A DNA stretch of 64,000 nt, from positions 2,368,001 through 2,432,000 of the forward strand of contig OZ241889.1 of NCBI GenBank assembly GCA_965203355.1, written 5' to 3'. The notes under the pieces are model-generated. The model saw nothing but the letters and a program-made list of their open reading frames with translations, ran no database searches and was not told the DNA's origin. Of this stretch, positions 31,555 to 40,534 are shown in pieces (positions within the stretch are counted from its first letter, which is position 1; each line of letters opens with the position of its first letter). The position numbers and the translations under genes are program-made. The DNA comes from Candidatus Latescibacterota bacterium. GTDB lineage: Bacteria > Latescibacterota > UBA2968 > UBA8231.

Positions 31555-32969
31555 AATTCAAGACCAATGTCGCAATCGGCACAGTCTTCTTGGTGCTGTT
31601 GGCCTTTGTCTATTTTTACGAGATCAAAGGGGGTGAGGAACGCCGTCAAGAAGCCGAAAAATCCAAGCAGCTATTCGTCTTTCAAGACGACGATGCCCAG
31701 CGGCTTGAACTGTTGCGCGGCGCCGATGCCTTGGTGTTGGGCAAGGGAACGGGTGGCTGGAACCTGAGCGCGCCTATGACCGATGGCGCGGACCAAGAGG
31801 CCGTGGAGCGCTACTTGCGCAATTTGCGCGAGTGCGAGCGGGAAAAGGTGGTCGTCGATAGCGCGGCTGTGACCGCCGAGCAGGCCGCCCAGTACGGGCT
31901 TGATGCGCCGCAGCTCAAAGTGCGGTTGCAAACGGAAGATGGCACCGAGCAGGTGGTGGCTTTTGGGGCGGACAGTCCGACGGATCGCTTCACGTACGCC
32001 CAGCTACAAGGCGACAATCCCGAAATCTTCGTAGTGCGGGCTTGGCGCTTCGACAACCTCGACAAGCGCGCTTTTGACTTGCGCGACCGCCGGGTGCTGG
32101 CCTTTGCCAAAGACGAGGTGATGCAGGTGCAGCGCTGGGGGACGGGTGGCGGGGCCGCGTTGGCGCGGTCTGAGCCCGGCTGGCAAATGCGCGAGCCGGT
32201 AGCCGCTCGGGCCGATGCCGACGCGGTAGATGGCCTGCTCGACAAAATCGACCAAGCGGAGATCCAGGCTTTTGTCGCCGAGGAGCCAGATACCGCTGCC
32301 TTGGCCACTTATGGCTTGGGGGCGCGCGCGTCGCAGGTCGAGATCGCCTTGCTCGTCGGCGCAGACCGGGCCGAGAAGCGCTTGGCCATTGGCGGCGCAG
32401 ACGAACAGGGCCGTTGGTACGCCCGCGACGCCAGCCGACCGCAAGTTTTCTTGGTCGATTCGACGCTGGTGCAAGAGCTTACCAAAGACATCGCGGACCT
32501 GCGCGACAAAAAGCCCTTGCGCTTTGAGCGCGATCAGGTCGAGCGCATCGTCCTAATGCGCGGGGCTGCGACCGCGTTTGCGGCCGACAAGGACACCAGT
32601 GGTGTGTGGCATTTATCCGATCCTATGGGGCGCGACGCCAAATCGTGGAAGCTCAACAGCCTCCTGAGCGACTTGGAGCAACTCGAAGTCGAGGATTTTG
32701 CCGAGCAGTTGCCCGCCGCGGCCGCGCTTGCTTTCAGCATCGAACTCCACGGCGCCGGGCAAGCCTTGCTGACCGCGCGCTTTAGCACCGCGGCCGGGAC
32801 CTCGTACCTGCAGCAGGAAGGCGACGACGCGGTGTACGTCGTCCGTGGCGACGACTTCACCGAGTTGGATTTGGATATAGACGACGTGGCACAAGCGCCC
32901 CCAAAGCCGGCCGCACCCGCCGCCAGCCGTGAGGAACCCCCCAACGACGGCGGCGCTGACAGTCCATAA
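31551..32969 (+). CDS. DUF4340 domain protein (repeated)
   Basis: N-terminal TM; repeated W....P...AD / YGL / DLRD(R/K) units; usual partner of GldG. Confidence 0.8.
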   Translation: MKFKTNVAIGTVFLVLLAFVYFYEIKGGEERRQEAEKSKQLFVFQDDDAQRLELLRGADALVLGKGTGGWNLSAPMTDGADQEAVERYLRNLRECEREKVVVDSAAVTAEQAAQYGLDAPQLKVRLQTEDGTEQVVAFGADSPTDRFTYAQLQGDNPEIFVVRAWRFDNLDKRAFDLRDRRVLAFAKDEVMQVQRWGTGGGAALARSEPGWQMREPVAARADADAVDGLLDKIDQAEIQAFVAEEPDTAALATYGLGARASQVEIALLVGADRAEKRLAIGGADEQGRWYARDASRPQVFLVDSTLVQELTKDIADLRDKKPLRFERDQVERIVLMRGAATAFAADKDTSGVWHLSDPMGRDAKSWKLNSLLSDLEQLEVEDFAEQLPAAAALAFSIELHGAGQALLTARFSTAAGTSYLQQEGDDAVYVVRGDDFTELDLDIDDVAQAPPKPAAPAASREEPPNDGGADSP

Positions 32970-33889
32970 TGTATATCGGCGGTCTGCTCGCCGCGCTGGT
33001 GGTGCTCGCCGAAGGGCTACACGCCCAAGTTCCTCGGGCCGAGGCGGTCTTGGACACCGCGACTGCTCGGGTTGGCGATCCCATTCGCTTAACGCTGACG
33101 CTCCACCACGACGCCACCGCGCGTCCCGAGGCTCCAAACCTGCTCCAGATTCTCCGGGATTTTTCCCCCCACTGCGCTGATTGGCAGGCGACTCGCTTTG
33201 CGCTCGCGCAAGAATGCGTGCTGCGTCTCTACGAGTTGGGGCAACACGTGGTGCCGGCCGTGCCGGTGCCCTTTATCACCGCTGCGGGCGATACGCTCAT
33301 GCGGACGACCCCCTCCTTAGCCATAGAGGTCATCAGTGCCCGGAGCGAAGGGGAGGACCAACTGCGCGACATCAAACCGCCCGTACTCATCAGCGGCGGG
33401 GTGCCGTTGTGGGTGGTCGTCGCAACGGGGCTGCTGGCGTTGGTGCTTTGTGTGCTAGGCGGCGTTTGGCTCTGGCGTCGCCGCACCCGCACCCCAGAGC
33501 CTCCGCCCGCGCCCGCGCCGATAGACTACGCGGCTGAATTCGCCCGTATTGCTGCGAGCGGCCTGTTGGAACGCGGCGAGTTCAAAACATACTACTCGCT
33601 GCTGTCTGAAAATCTGCGCCGCTTCTTAGAGGAGAGCTTGGCGATTGAAGCGATGGAGCAGACCACGGCTGAGTTGGCCAACGCCTTGCAGGGGGTTGAA
33701 GTGGATGACTCGCTGCGGCAGCAGATCCTCGACTATTTGGCGGCGGCCGACTTGGTGAAATTTGCCCGCTTTTATCCGGCGCTGGACGCGGCCCGCCGCG
33801 CACCGGATGCCGGCTTGGCCCTATTGCGCACTATTGAGGAGGCGGTTGCCAGCCGCGCTGCCGAGGCCCATGCAGAACATCCGGTTTGA
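32969..33889 (+). CDS. Bat-operon accessory membrane protein (BatD-like Ig domain + TM + helical domain)
   Basis: VGDPIRLTL, LRDIKPP, TM, AMEQTT.EL, ADLVKFA; position before batA. Confidence 0.75.
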   Translation: MYIGGLLAALVVLAEGLHAQVPRAEAVLDTATARVGDPIRLTLTLHHDATARPEAPNLLQILRDFSPHCADWQATRFALAQECVLRLYELGQHVVPAVPVPFITAAGDTLMRTTPSLAIEVISARSEGEDQLRDIKPPVLISGGVPLWVVVATGLLALVLCVLGGVWLWRRRTRTPEPPPAPAPIDYAAEFARIAASGLLERGEFKTYYSLLSENLRRFLEESLAIEAMEQTTAELANALQGVEVDDSLRQQILDYLAAADLVKFARFYPALDAARRAPDAGLALLRTIEEAVASRAAEAHAEHPV

Positions 33890-34874
33890 AAACCCCGAGT
33901 GGCTGTTGCTGCTGCTGCTGTTGCCCGTTTTGCTCTACAGCTACGTCCGGGCGCATCGGGGCCGCCGGAGCAGCGTACAGTTTTCCGACCTCGCCGTGTT
34001 GCGCCGCGCCACCGCGTCGCTGTGGACCAAACTCCGACACGGCCTCCTCGTCTTTAAGCTGCTTGGCCTGAGCTGTCTCATCGTAGCTATGGCCCGCCCA
34101 CAAGCTGGGCGCGAGGTACGGGAAGTATCGGGCGAGGGCATTGACATTATGCTGACCTTGGACATTTCGTCGAGCATGGATTTGAACGATCTAGATGAGG
34201 GCCAGAAGAGCCGCTTACAGGTGGCCAAAGAAGTGGTCGCCGACTTTATCGCTGGCCGTTACAGCGATCGCATCGGCATGGTCGTCTTTGCCGGCGAGAG
34301 CTTTACCCAGTGTCCGCTGACCCTCGACTATCGAGTGCTGTTGGAGTTTCTCCAAGGCGTGGAGATCGCCAGCGAGGAATGGGATGGCACGGCTATTGGC
34401 ATGGCGCTGATCAACGCCTGCAACCGCTTGCGCGACTCGGACGCCGAGAGCAAGGTGATCATCCTGCTGACCGATGGCGTGAACAACGCCGGCGAGGTCG
34501 AGCCGTTGACCGCGGCTGAGGTGGCGGCGGCCGTGGGCATCCGGGTTTATACGATTGGCGTGGGGAGCGACGGGGAGATTCGCCGGCCCGTGCGCGGGAT
34601 GTTCGGCACCCGCTATCAGACGGTCCAAGTGGAGATCGACGAAGAGACCTTACAGGAGGTGGCTGCGCGCACCGGCGGCCAGTACTATCGGGCGACTAGC
34701 GAGGAAAAGCTGGAGGCCATCTACCGCGAAATCGGCGAGTTGGAGGGGACTGAAATCAAGTCCGAGATCCACCTGAATTACTCGGAGCGCTTTGCCTATT
34801 TTCTCTATGCGGGTTTGGGCTTGCTGTTGGTGGAGATGCTGTTGGCCCATACCCGGTTCCGTTCGCTCCCCTAA
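33870..34874 (+). CDS. batA: BatA VWA domain protein
   Basis: FENP.WL, MARPQ, GIDIMLTLDISSSM, QCPLTLD, GTAIG, ILLTDGVNN, YTIGVG. Confidence 0.88.
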   Translation: MQNIRFENPEWLLLLLLLPVLLYSYVRAHRGRRSSVQFSDLAVLRRATASLWTKLRHGLLVFKLLGLSCLIVAMARPQAGREVREVSGEGIDIMLTLDISSSMDLNDLDEGQKSRLQVAKEVVADFIAGRYSDRIGMVVFAGESFTQCPLTLDYRVLLEFLQGVEIASEEWDGTAIGMALINACNRLRDSDAESKVIILLTDGVNNAGEVEPLTAAEVAAAVGIRVYTIGVGSDGEIRRPVRGMFGTRYQTVQVEIDEETLQEVAARTGGQYYRATSEEKLEAIYREIGELEGTEIKSEIHLNYSERFAYFLYAGLGLLLVEMLLAHTRFRSLP

Positions 34875-34880
34875 ATTGCT

Positions 34881-35903
34881 ATGCGCTTTGCGAACATCGA
34901 CAATTTTTGGTTGCTGTTGCTGCTGCCCTTTTTGGCGGCCTTTTTGGCGTGGGCCCTGTGGGCGCGTCGTCGCGCCTTGGCGCATTTTGCGCGCGGCCCG
35001 CTGGCCGAGAAACTGACCCGCAACCTGAGCCGGGGCCGCCAAGTGAGCAAGTGCGTCCTATTGGGGCTGGGGACCTGCTTTGCGATCCTCGCGCTGACCG
35101 GCCCGCAATTCGGAGCACAACTCGAAATGGCCGAGCGCAAGGGGGTAGATGTGATGCTGGTGCTCGACGTGTCGCGGAGCATGCAGGCTGAAGACGTCAA
35201 GCCGAGCCGCTTGGCGCGGGCCAAATACCAAATTCGCGGTCTGTTGGATTTGCTCCGAGGCGACCGGGTCGGGTTGGTGGTCTTTGCTGGCAAAGCCTTT
35301 GTCCAATGCCCGCTGACGACGGACTACGGCGCGGTGGAGATGTTTCTCGATGTGCTGGACGCCGGGGCCATACCCGTCCAAGGGACGGCCATTGGCGACG
35401 CGGTGCGGCTGGCCACGCGCTCGTTTGTGGAAGGGGAGGGCCAGCACAAGGCCATCGTGCTGTTCACCGATGGCGAGGATCACGTGGGGCAGCCGCTGGC
35501 GGCGGCGCAGGCGGCCGCTACACAGGGTGTGCGCATCTTTGCCTTGGGGTTGGGGACGCCTGATGGAGAATTGATTCCCACCGAAGAGCAAGGCGGCGTG
35601 GGTTTTCACAAGGACCAGCGCGGCCAATACGTCAAGACCCGGCTCGACGAGAGCACCTTACAGGACATGGCGTTGGAGACCGGGGGCGATTACTTTCGCA
35701 CTACCTTGAGCGGTGCGGAATTGGACGCCTTGTACGGCCAGATCGCCGAGATGGATCAGCGCGAAATTGGCTCGACTCGACTCACTCGCTACCAGGAGCG
35801 TTTCCAATGGCCCTTATTATTGGCCCTTTGCTGTTTCTTCGCCGAGGCTTTCTTAGGCGATGCACGGGTGCAGACCCGCGAGTGGAAGGGGCGGTTCGCC
35901 TAA
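34881..35903 (+). CDS. batB: BatB VWA domain protein
   Basis: LDVSRSM.AEDVKPSRL, CPLTTDY, QGTAIG, TDGEDH, ERFQWPL. Confidence 0.88.
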   Translation: MRFANIDNFWLLLLLPFLAAFLAWALWARRRALAHFARGPLAEKLTRNLSRGRQVSKCVLLGLGTCFAILALTGPQFGAQLEMAERKGVDVMLVLDVSRSMQAEDVKPSRLARAKYQIRGLLDLLRGDRVGLVVFAGKAFVQCPLTTDYGAVEMFLDVLDAGAIPVQGTAIGDAVRLATRSFVEGEGQHKAIVLFTDGEDHVGQPLAAAQAAATQGVRIFALGLGTPDGELIPTEEQGGVGFHKDQRGQYVKTRLDESTLQDMALETGGDYFRTTLSGAELDALYGQIAEMDQREIGSTRLTRYQERFQWPLLLALCCFFAEAFLGDARVQTREWKGRFA

Positions 35904-36673
35904 TGGGTACACGGTGGGTCGTCTTGGGGATTTGGCTGGTCGTTTGCGGGGCGACCGTGGGCGATCCCGTAGCGAGCAAGAGTGCCGAGGCGTTGGAGCA
36001 CTACCAGCGCGGCGAGTACGACCAGGCCCTGCAACTCTACCGCGACGCCCTGCTCGATCGGCCCGACGCGCCCGAGTTGCACTTCAACATCGGGGACGCG
36101 CTTTTCAAACGCGGCGAGTACGACCAAGCCCTGCGCGAATTCGAGCGGGTGCTCAGCAGCGAGGAGAAAAAGATCGCAGCACAGGCCCATTACAACATGG
36201 GCAATAGCTTCTTTCAGCAGCAGGCTTTTGAACAGGCTGTCGCCGCCTACAAGCAGGCACTGGCGCTGGACGCGCGCGACGAGGATGCCAAGGTGAATTT
36301 GGAATTGGCACTGGAAAAATTGCAGGAGCAGCAACAGCAGCAGGAGCAGCAGCAGGATCAACAGGACGATTCAGAAGAGCAGGATCAACAGCAGCAGGAT
36401 CAACAGGATCAACAGAATCAGCAGGAACAGCCGGATCAACAGAATCAGCAGGAACAGCCGGAGGATTCGGAGCAGGATCAACAGGATCAACAAGATCAAC
36501 AAGATTCAGCGCAGGAGCAGCAACAAAGTGGACCGGATCAACAGCAAGCCGTGCCGCGATCCATTAGTTCCGAGGAAGCTCAGCAGCTTATGGATGCCCT
36601 CAAGAACCGCGAACTAGAAGCGCAACAGCGTCGGTTTCGCGCCACCGGCAAGGCGCAAGCTAGGGACTGGTGA
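35903..36673 (+). CDS. batC: BatC TPR protein with Gln/Asp-rich linker
   Basis: FNIGDALF, YNMGNSF, AKVNLELA, poly-Q region, C-terminal DW. Confidence 0.85.
   Translation: MGTRWVVLGIWLVVCGATVGDPVASKSAEALEHYQRGEYDQALQLYRDALLDRPDAPELHFNIGDALFKRGEYDQALREFERVLSSEEKKIAAQAHYNMGNSFFQQQAFEQAVAAYKQALALDARDEDAKVNLELALEKLQEQQQQQEQQQDQQDDSEEQDQQQQDQQDQQNQQEQPDQQNQQEQPEDSEQDQQDQQDQQDSAQEQQQSGPDQQQAVPRSISSEEAQQLMDALKNRELEAQQRRFRATGKAQARDW
36322..36546 (+). repeat. Gln-rich low-complexity coding repeat containing a 27-nt tandem duplication (36406-36462)
   Basis: CAG/CAA/GAT codon runs; GGATCAACAGAATCAGCAGGAACAGCC twice. Confidence 0.85.
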
Positions 36674-38442
36674 GCGCACGGGTGGTCATCCCGCTAATGC
36701 TATGGGTGCTGGCGGCATCCAGCGCGGCGGCGATTCAGTTTGCGGCGTCTGTCGATCGCACGCGCGCTAGTCAGGCCGAGCCGATTCGCCTGACGCTCCG
36801 CATCACCTCCGACGCGCAGTTGGGCGAGGTGACGCCAGCGTTCGACCTCAAAGATTTCCACGTCGAGGGGCCAGCGACTAGGACGCGGATGGAGATGAGC
36901 AACTTCTCCAACATTAGCTACACCCGCGAACTGACCTACGCCCTCTATGCCAAGCAGCCCGGCACCTTCACCATCGGCCCGCTCCAGCTAGCAATAGATG
37001 GAGACTCCTATCAGACCAAGCCCATTACCATCGAGATCGTCCGCGGTGCCAGCCGAGCGCAAGCCGGCCAGCCAGAGCGTCCCATTTTTGTGCTGGCGCG
37101 CGCCGACTACGAGCGGGCTTACGTGGGGCAACAAGTCACCGTGTCCTACGATCTGTTCTACCGCGTCCAGCCGCACAACGTCAGTTTTAACAAACTGCCG
37201 ACCTTTGTTGGGTTTTGGACCGAGGACCTCTTTGTCGCCCAACAGCTAGAGGCACATCAGGAGATGCGCAACGGCGTGTCCTACAACGTGGCACCGCTGC
37301 GGCGCGTGGCCCTTTTTCCGACCAGCGCGGGGACCCACGTTGTCGGCGCATTGGCCGTTTCCTGCGACATCCCTCGACAACGCGCTCGTGGCGGCGGCGT
37401 GCTCGACGATTTCTTCGCCGGTGATCCGTTTTTTGGCCGCTCGCGCTCGGTGCGCCTGCAAAGCGAGGAATTGCAAATCGAGGTCCTGCCGCTGCCCGAG
37501 CCGGGCCGCCCGGCGGAATTTACCGGCGCGGTAGGGCGCTTTCAACTCAGCGTCGAGGCCCAGCCGACCCAAGTCGCGGTTGGCGATCCGGTGACGCTGC
37601 GCGTGCTGGTCGAGGGCGAGGGCAACATGGCGGCGGTGCAGCCTTTGCAGGTCGATGCGGCCGCGGGCGTCAAGATCTACGATCCCAAGGTCGAGGAAGA
37701 AGAGCGGATTACTAATGGCGTGTACGGGGGCCGTCGTCTCTTTGAGTACATCTTGATTCCCGAACAGGGCGGCCCGCTGAACATCCCGCCGCTGCGCTTT
37801 GCGTACTTTGATCCACACCAAGCGCACTACGAGGTCCTTGAATCCGCGCCGATTACCATTCACAGCGAGGGGACTGCCGAAGAAGAAGGAGTGGCCTACG
37901 GCCTGAGTCGGCGCGACATCGAGGCCGTTGGCGAGGACATTCGCTACATCAAACCCAACGCCGAAGTCCTCGGCGCGGGTTCCATGGTACACAAGAGCTA
38001 TTGGTTTTGGACCTTGCAGGGTGCGCTGCCCCTCGCCTTCTTTGCCCTGCTTGTGTGGCAGCGGCATCAGCGGCGTTTGCAGGGCGATGTGGCGTACGCG
38101 CGCCAGCGCCGGGCCAAAGGCGAAGTGGGTCGCCGCCTAACGCGCGCTGATACCTTGCTCGCGGCTGGCACCGAGGCTGAATTCTACGGCGCGGTCCGCG
38201 CTGCGGTGCTGGAATTCGTGGCCGACCGTCTCAACCTCGCTGCGGCTGGCTTGACCATTGAAGTCTGTGCTGAGGTCTTGGCGGCGCGCCAAGTCGAGGC
38301 CGAGACCATTGCCGCGTTGCGCGACTTGCTGACGCGCTGCGACTTTGCCCGCTTTGCGCCCGCAGGTGGCCCGCCGACGGATCGGGCGGCCGCGCGGCGT
38401 TTGGCAGAAGAGGTGATCCGGGGTTTGGAAAAGCGGATATGA
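36670..38442 (+). CDS. batD: BatD protein
   Basis: Signal peptide, YVGQQV, FTGAVGRF, GDPVTL...G.GN, DIRYIK, C.FARFAP. Confidence 0.87.
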   Translation: MSARVVIPLMLWVLAASSAAAIQFAASVDRTRASQAEPIRLTLRITSDAQLGEVTPAFDLKDFHVEGPATRTRMEMSNFSNISYTRELTYALYAKQPGTFTIGPLQLAIDGDSYQTKPITIEIVRGASRAQAGQPERPIFVLARADYERAYVGQQVTVSYDLFYRVQPHNVSFNKLPTFVGFWTEDLFVAQQLEAHQEMRNGVSYNVAPLRRVALFPTSAGTHVVGALAVSCDIPRQRARGGGVLDDFFAGDPFFGRSRSVRLQSEELQIEVLPLPEPGRPAEFTGAVGRFQLSVEAQPTQVAVGDPVTLRVLVEGEGNMAAVQPLQVDAAAGVKIYDPKVEEEERITNGVYGGRRLFEYILIPEQGGPLNIPPLRFAYFDPHQAHYEVLESAPITIHSEGTAEEEGVAYGLSRRDIEAVGEDIRYIKPNAEVLGAGSMVHKSYWFWTLQGALPLAFFALLVWQRHQRRLQGDVAYARQRRAKGEVGRRLTRADTLLAAGTEAEFYGAVRAAVLEFVADRLNLAAAGLTIEVCAEVLAARQVEAETIAALRDLLTRCDFARFAPAGGPPTDRAAARRLAEEVIRGLEKRI

Positions 38443-39191
38443 TGCGCGCGCTAGCACTGTTGATCCTGTTGGGCACCGCACTCCACGCCGGGGCGGCGGC
38501 TGGGCAGTACAACGAGGCCAACGCGCTCTATCGGGACGGGGATTTTGCGGCGGCGCGCCGCAGTTACTTGGCGGTGGTGGCCGCTGGAGTGCAAGACGCG
38601 CGGCTCTACTACAACTTGGGCAATGCCTGCTTTAAGTCCGGGAAGTTGGGCGAAGCCATTCTCTGGTACGAGCGGGCGCGGCGCTTGCTGCCGCACGACG
38701 AGGACATTGAGGCCAATCTGCGCTTTGCCAACCTAGTCAAGAAGGACCGCGACCCGCAAACGGAGAACGGTTTCGGTACGCTGGTAGCCGCGCTGGTGGC
38801 CGCCTATTTTTGGCCTACGTTTAATCAGCTCAGCCTGCTGTTCGCCGCGGCGTTTTTTGCGGTTTTTGTCTTGGGGGTCCGGTGGTTGTTCGCGCCGACT
38901 CGCCCGGGGGTGCTGTGGCTGGTAGGGATGTTGCTCTGTGCCGGGCTGAGCGTTGGGGCCGCGCTGTGGCTGGGAACGCGCCTCCGCCATCAGGCGCAGA
39001 CGAGCGAAGCCATCGTCACCGTTACCGCGGCGCATGCGCGTTCCGGCCCCGACCTCGGGCAGACGGAGGTCTTTGTCGCGCATGAGGGGACCAAGGTTCG
39101 CTTAGTGCGGCAGGAGGGCGGGTGGATGCTGGTGCGGCTGGCCAATGGCCTCGGCGGGTGGATGCCAGCGGAAGCTCTGACGCGGATCTGA
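38439..39191 (+). CDS. batE: BatE TPR + SH3 protein
   Basis: YYNLGNA.FK, AILWYERA, HEGTKV, GW. Confidence 0.85.
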   Translation: MMRALALLILLGTALHAGAAAGQYNEANALYRDGDFAAARRSYLAVVAAGVQDARLYYNLGNACFKSGKLGEAILWYERARRLLPHDEDIEANLRFANLVKKDRDPQTENGFGTLVAALVAAYFWPTFNQLSLLFAAAFFAVFVLGVRWLFAPTRPGVLWLVGMLLCAGLSVGAALWLGTRLRHQAQTSEAIVTVTAAHARSGPDLGQTEVFVAHEGTKVRLVRQEGGWMLVRLANGLGGWMPAEALTRI

Positions 39192-39216
39192 ATTTAACAG
39201 CGACTTTTTTGCGTAG

Positions 39217-39236
39217 ACCAAACCAAACCAAACCAA
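39217..39236. repeat. (ACCAA)4 simple sequence repeat
   Basis: Four perfect pentamer units just upstream of the RBS of the 39249 gene. Confidence 0.85.
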
Positions 39237-39248
39237 AAAGGATAAGCC

Positions 39249-40304
39249 ATGAGTACGCTCAAAGTAGGTATTGTCGGCGTTGGCGGGATCGCCCGCACAC
39301 ACATTCCCGGCTGGGAGGCTTCTAGCGAAGCTGAGTTGATCGCTGGCAGCGACGTTAGCGAGGAGGCGCTGAAGCGCTTTGGCGCAGAAAACGGGGTCGC
39401 CAAACTACACACCGACCCGGAAGCACTGTTCAGCGATCCCGATATCGACATTATCGATATATGTACGCCCAACATGTATCACGCTCCATTGGCCATTGCC
39501 GCGCTGTCGGCTGGCAAGCACGTGATCTGCGAAAAGCCCTTGGCGCCCACGCCCGAGGAGGTTCGCCAGATGATTGCGGTGCGCGATGCTTCGGGCAAGG
39601 AACTAATGACGGCACAGCACTTTCGCTTTCAGGGATCGTCTCGTGCGCTGAAGGCCGAGATAGACACCGGTGCGCTCGGCGATATCTACCACGCCCGCAG
39701 TTGGATGCTGCGCCGGGCTGGGGCACCGGTCGGCGGCGGGTTTATTCTCAAGGAGCACAGCGGCGGCGGCCCCTGCATCGACATTGGGGTTCACATTCTC
39801 GATCTGACCTTGTGGTTTATGGGGCATCCCGAGCCAGTGGCGATTTCGGGCGTGGCCCGCGCTGAATTGGCGCATCAAGAAGGTGCCTTCAGCCAATGGG
39901 GTCGCCAGCCGATTCCGTCCCATTACGATGTCGAGGATTTTGCCGCGGCCTTTGTGCGCTTTGACAATGGCGCAACGCTCGTCTTGGAGGTGAGTTGGCT
40001 TTTACATCACCCAACCCAAGGCGAGGACATGCAGATGTGGCTCTACGGCACCCAAGGCGGTGCGCATTGGCCCCAGTGCTCGATTTGCGAGAGCAACAAC
40101 CAGACTCGCCAGCAGTACGACCGCAAGCTCATGCTGATGTACGACGGCCTCGAAGCCCACGCGCAGGAATGCGTGGAGTTCGCCGCGGCGATTGCTCAGG
40201 GACGGCCCTCGCCGGTGCCGCCGGAGCAATCCCTACAGGTGATGAAAATTCTCGATGGGATCTATCGCAGCCAAAAGGCGGGCGGGGAAGTGCGGCTGGA
40301 CTGA
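39249..40304 (+). CDS. Gfo/Idh/MocA-family oxidoreductase
   Basis: GIVGVGGIA, ICTPN..H, GKHVICEKP, GGGPCIDIGVH. Confidence 0.95.
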   Translation: MSTLKVGIVGVGGIARTHIPGWEASSEAELIAGSDVSEEALKRFGAENGVAKLHTDPEALFSDPDIDIIDICTPNMYHAPLAIAALSAGKHVICEKPLAPTPEEVRQMIAVRDASGKELMTAQHFRFQGSSRALKAEIDTGALGDIYHARSWMLRRAGAPVGGGFILKEHSGGGPCIDIGVHILDLTLWFMGHPEPVAISGVARAELAHQEGAFSQWGRQPIPSHYDVEDFAAAFVRFDNGATLVLEVSWLLHHPTQGEDMQMWLYGTQGGAHWPQCSICESNNQTRQQYDRKLMLMYDGLEAHAQECVEFAAAIAQGRPSPVPPEQSLQVMKILDGIYRSQKAGGEVRLD

Positions 40305-40534
40305 GGGGAGGCTTGGCAGAGTTTACGGCCCCGCCAGTCGATTGACGAAAGCCGTCGGACACGCAGCGAGGCCATGCTGGCGCGGACGCAGCACCGCAGA
40401 GCGTCAACTAGCCGTCCATAGGCACCTTACCGCCTCCTTGCGAAATCACCCTTGACTTGGAGCACCATGGGCTTCCCGCCGAAATGTATGCAGCCGCCGA
40501 AAAAGCTGTGAAAGGCAATCGCTACGGTTCATGT

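Noticed and set aside
36322-36546. Tandem repeats that might be a CRISPR array or VNTR element
   Set aside because: In-frame Gln/Asp linker typical of BatC; no unique spacers and no cas genes.
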